DNA of 64,000 bases. Source: Wickerhamiella versatilis. Lineage: Eukaryota. The notes below the pieces were generated by a model. That model saw only the letters and a program-made list of their open reading frames with translations, was not told the DNA's origin and ran no database searches. The DNA is taken from the NCBI GenBank assembly GCA_030867685.1, contig JAQOWU010000003.1, positions 930,001 through 994,000 of the forward strand, read 5' to 3'. Within the stretch, counting starts at the first letter, position 1; every line of letters starts with the position of its first letter. The translations under genes and the position numbers were made by a program. This document shows, one piece after another, positions 62,201-64,000 of the stretch.

Positions 62201-62563
62201 TGCATTCTCTAGAGAAACCTCAAGAGGTTGGCCATTCTCCGAAGTTGCAACGTTGAGCGGGCTCTCATCTGCCTCGGTTGATACTGAGGCAAACATGGTT
62301 GAAGGGGAGCCATCAGCATACTCTTCAGGAGTCCAACCCATTGCCCTAAGCTGACGCCGGATTTCGCTTATCCTTACGCTTGCTGTATCAACTTGAGCCT
62401 GAACACGTCGTTTGTGGGTCATATCCTGACGACGCCTTGAATTTAGCTCGATATCCTGAAGCATATCTTCAGCTGCATTTCGAATTTGTTCTTCAAGCCT
62501 TAACTTGGCGTGGAGCTCCTCTGCCAGGTCCTTTGGAGGCTTTCCTGTGGCAGAAGAGTCCAT
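59201..62563 (-). CDS. TSC11: TORC2 subunit Avo3/Tsc11 (Rictor)
   Basis: N-terminal HR1-like coil; ERLQAL; WNWD; KFMKRLLSFYRP; QLYDP; LWALGHV; IRGTAFYALGL. Confidence 0.9.
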   Translation of the reverse strand: MDSSATGKPPKDLAEELHAKLRLEEQIRNAAEDMLQDIELNSRRRQDMTHKRRVQAQVDTASVRISEIRRQLRAMGWTPEEYADGSPSTMFASVSTEADESPLNVATSENGQPLEVSLENASRQFSRLFDSVDSSMSVPSLNRVVDRLIDLFVSFPMLRQEVALDQAGEKLKGLLCSTSSPMVVAGYRLVRLLTGDQKENLLALRLGHLDWVCVQSLARQDIPEYETERLQALLVARIGLNGPSIANAIAAIAEQPKDSLKQVCVETFAELAILDPEGIFVNGTYKLLLLAAVNSSPAVGKAISLICTRVVDRPESRKMLHYGQDFQSLLSVFTEESSIERLQCGVNIMLTMLRHWAGQWVFDLRLLIASLLVPHRNAQEAVLKLITQLISGSDSCYSRHFRVLILAKLLKLGLIDVLFGLEKLNSSVSVLVRNLLSQIYMLASQLLPPSLVPDAIRLPQPIVDEMSSCPPHSLPTAGIPVLAVESTLRRPISYSRQTAGTTQNTTSARLGQQIDDASFKQLVLSTHVLATKLYRQWNWDAVVELIQGPLRNPRRLDEAIRTSKFMKRLLSFYRPFKYRFANLHISRENRRFIEVFKELIRTLLDTPEGAKYLGGNKMLRQVAECLAQLDPSSGITSSEPLFSSRRLRTTLSAAYFEMLGVFTESQVGQQILADLRIFNMLYRICDVGRDDVVRACLRNFDYHLPGHPRILLTRVMAGHAAEKRTRRFATELIWEKMNSTSKDSQLWAVDILVGQLYDPEMSVAQAAVFALQKFCRDDTNLDRIIALRPTLAHLGNVGAVLNVLFLTRPAGFELMQGTDYVDREMDHWFHGFNDAYVSQIEEYLEENLMNDNQNLQPPRHFLGELVLTEQGAKLLQQRGDVPALAKFVSENLETTDPKSVTKLKGSLWALGHVASRSLGAALLDMNVVHEMILCFERSPIYTIRGTAFYALGLTAQSFEGAELLRQSGWGVSEDVYGRPLGIVLPPCLLPGSKFSMDEGHPEEKENKETREDSVEFPPRQDPSTQELLREVARLSNSVMAHDASNKLVALRASHPQLFTSPEVFGEVIRLLSVGHYKIMARRFLFELFDGPLLLERMYRRRSRGPRRSTTTIDVSEAHVN

Positions 62564-62783
62564 CTGTCATTTGTCACCAAGACAGCAGGAAGCTTCTGGT
62601 CTTTATGAAGCAGCCACCACGGTAAGCCAGAAAATAATATCAGGCTAGAAAGTTTAGCTATATCTATACTATCATCAAAATAACACAATGTTATGGACTG
62701 AACTTCTTATATGCCGTCTACCACCAAGATAGCCCCCCTGCCCTTTGCACCTTATATAATACGGCAGGAATAAGCACGGCTGA

Positions 62784-63185
62784 ATGGAAGACAAAGCTGA
62801 GCTACAGCAGCAATTTCATCAAGTCAGTGCTGTTCCACCGCTTGGGAATGTAAGCGGAATTCCCTCTCAACCTCCGTCTCTTCCAAAACGGGAGGAAACA
62901 GAAACAGATGGTACGCGCACAAGACAGAAATTATGGAAAAAGAAAGTGCAGAAGCTTGAAGCCAAACTCCAATCTCTTCGAACGACAGGTGTAGAGCTAC
63001 ATAATGAAAACTATCGTGCCGTAACGAAGCTTCAGCTAATATCTGTCGAGAATGAGCGGCTCCTTGACTTGTTAGCCGATGTCGGGGGCCTTTCCGAAGC
63101 GCAGCCTGCAGCAAAGCAACTTCTAACAGCCGAGCAAGCCGAATCGTTTGACATAATGCTTGCTGCTGCATTGGAATCAGTATAA
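62784..63185 (+). CDS. INO80 complex Iec3-like subunit
   Basis: WKKKVQKL...ENERLLDLL pattern typical of the IEC3 domain. Confidence 0.6.
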   Translation: MEDKAELQQQFHQVSAVPPLGNVSGIPSQPPSLPKREETETDGTRTRQKLWKKKVQKLEAKLQSLRTTGVELHNENYRAVTKLQLISVENERLLDLLADVGGLSEAQPAAKQLLTAEQAESFDIMLAAALESV

Positions 63186-63317
63186 TGGTTCCCAAGGTAG
63201 GAGGACGCCCTTGATGTGACCATACGTAGCGATATAGGTTATTGAATGCCCTTTAAAATGAACCAATATATGTCTTTAAATATCATGAAGGATTTGCTTT
63301 TTTAATATATTTATAGC

Positions 63318-64000
63318 TTATAGCTTATTACCAAGATTCACCTGAATGGATTTCGGATGCAAATATGCATCAAGACCGTAAGAACCAAGCTCTGATCCGA
63401 TACCAGACATCTTGAATCCGCCAAATGGCAAGTGATAATCTTGATCGTTTGAAGAGTTGATCCAAACATACCCAGTGTCTATGGCGTTTGCGGCAAGATG
63501 CGCTTTCGTGATATCTTGAGTGAAAACTGCACCACCCAAACCATACTCAGAGTCGTTTGCCAAGTCTATACCCTCGTCATATGTGTCAAACGGCGTCACT
63601 GTGACTACAGGGCCAAAAATTTCCTCTCGGAAAACGCGGTCCGTGGCCTTCACATCAGCTAACACTGTGGGTTCTACGAAGTAGCCCTTCTTACCCCATC
63701 GCTTACCACCGGCTATCACACGAGCTTTCTGGGATTTCCCTATGTCAATGTAACTAAGGATACGGTCAAACTGAGCCTTCGAAATCTGAGGACCATGCGT
63801 TACATCCGACTTCAGAGCATCACCAGCTATAGTATTCTTTTCACATACTCTGGCCAAAGCCTTGAGGAAATCCTCGTATATACCCTTTTGCACAATAAGA
63901 CGTGAAGTTGCGCAGCAAACCTGACCGGCGTTGAACATAATACCAAAATAAGCCCATTCTGCAGCTTGTTCGAGATCAGCATCATCGAAGACCACCATTG
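63318..64000 (-). CDS. Aldehyde dehydrogenase, 3' part (5' end outside the window)
   Basis: FNAGQVCCA catalytic Cys, EEIFGPV, YGLGGAVF, PFGGFKMSGIG. Confidence 0.95.
   Translation of the reverse strand, partial: MVVFDDADLEQAAEWAYFGIMFNAGQVCCATSRLIVQKGIYEDFLKALARVCEKNTIAGDALKSDVTHGPQISKAQFDRILSYIDIGKSQKARVIAGGKRWGKKGYFVEPTVLADVKATDRVFREEIFGPVVTVTPFDTYDEGIDLANDSEYGLGGAVFTQDITKAHLAANAIDTGYVWINSSNDQDYHLPFGGFKMSGIGSELGSYGLDAYLHPKSIQVNLGNKL

Noticed and set aside
10-63223. Numerous 60-145 aa ORFs nested in or antisense to the called genes
   Set aside because: Fully overlap conserved CDSs and show no independent motifs
1-64000. Transposons, LTRs, CRISPR arrays, rDNA, telomeric arrays
   Set aside because: No transposase/RT/integrase ORF and no long direct or tandem repeats seen

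Overview
Gene-dense, almost intron-free nuclear DNA of a budding yeast. The compact layout, a short intron whose branch point lies right next to the 3' splice site, and AMSH-, IEC3- and MZT1-like genes suggest an early-diverging Saccharomycotina (Yarrowia/Wickerhamiella/Starmerella-like; inference). About 42 protein-coding genes are supported, mostly housekeeping (RNA1, MBF1, GYP1, CDS1, NUP133, RPF2, MTD1, GRS1, RAD50, HCS1, TRP5, CWH41, eIF2A, YKT6, GDH2, MLH1, CDC9, AVO3 and others), plus one tRNA-Glu(TTC). I saw no mobile element, CRISPR array or clearly bacterial gene. Three genes are missing or incomplete in the ORF track: RNA1 (edge), spliced TDA2 and a 44-aa MZT1. The main leads are: (1) an AP-1-like TGA(C/G)T(C/A/T)A element within about 50 bp of many start codons, including divergent pairs with almost no intergenic DNA; (2) an unassigned ~300-nt structured RNA candidate at 39.7-40.0 kb; (3) a likely non-AUG mitochondrial presequence on GRS1; (4) a miniature XRCC4/Lif1-like protein; (5) two related coiled-coil/C2H2 zinc-finger genes; (6) a two-hairpin element directly upstream of the tRNA. 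All calls come from reading the sequence; no searches or folding programs were run.
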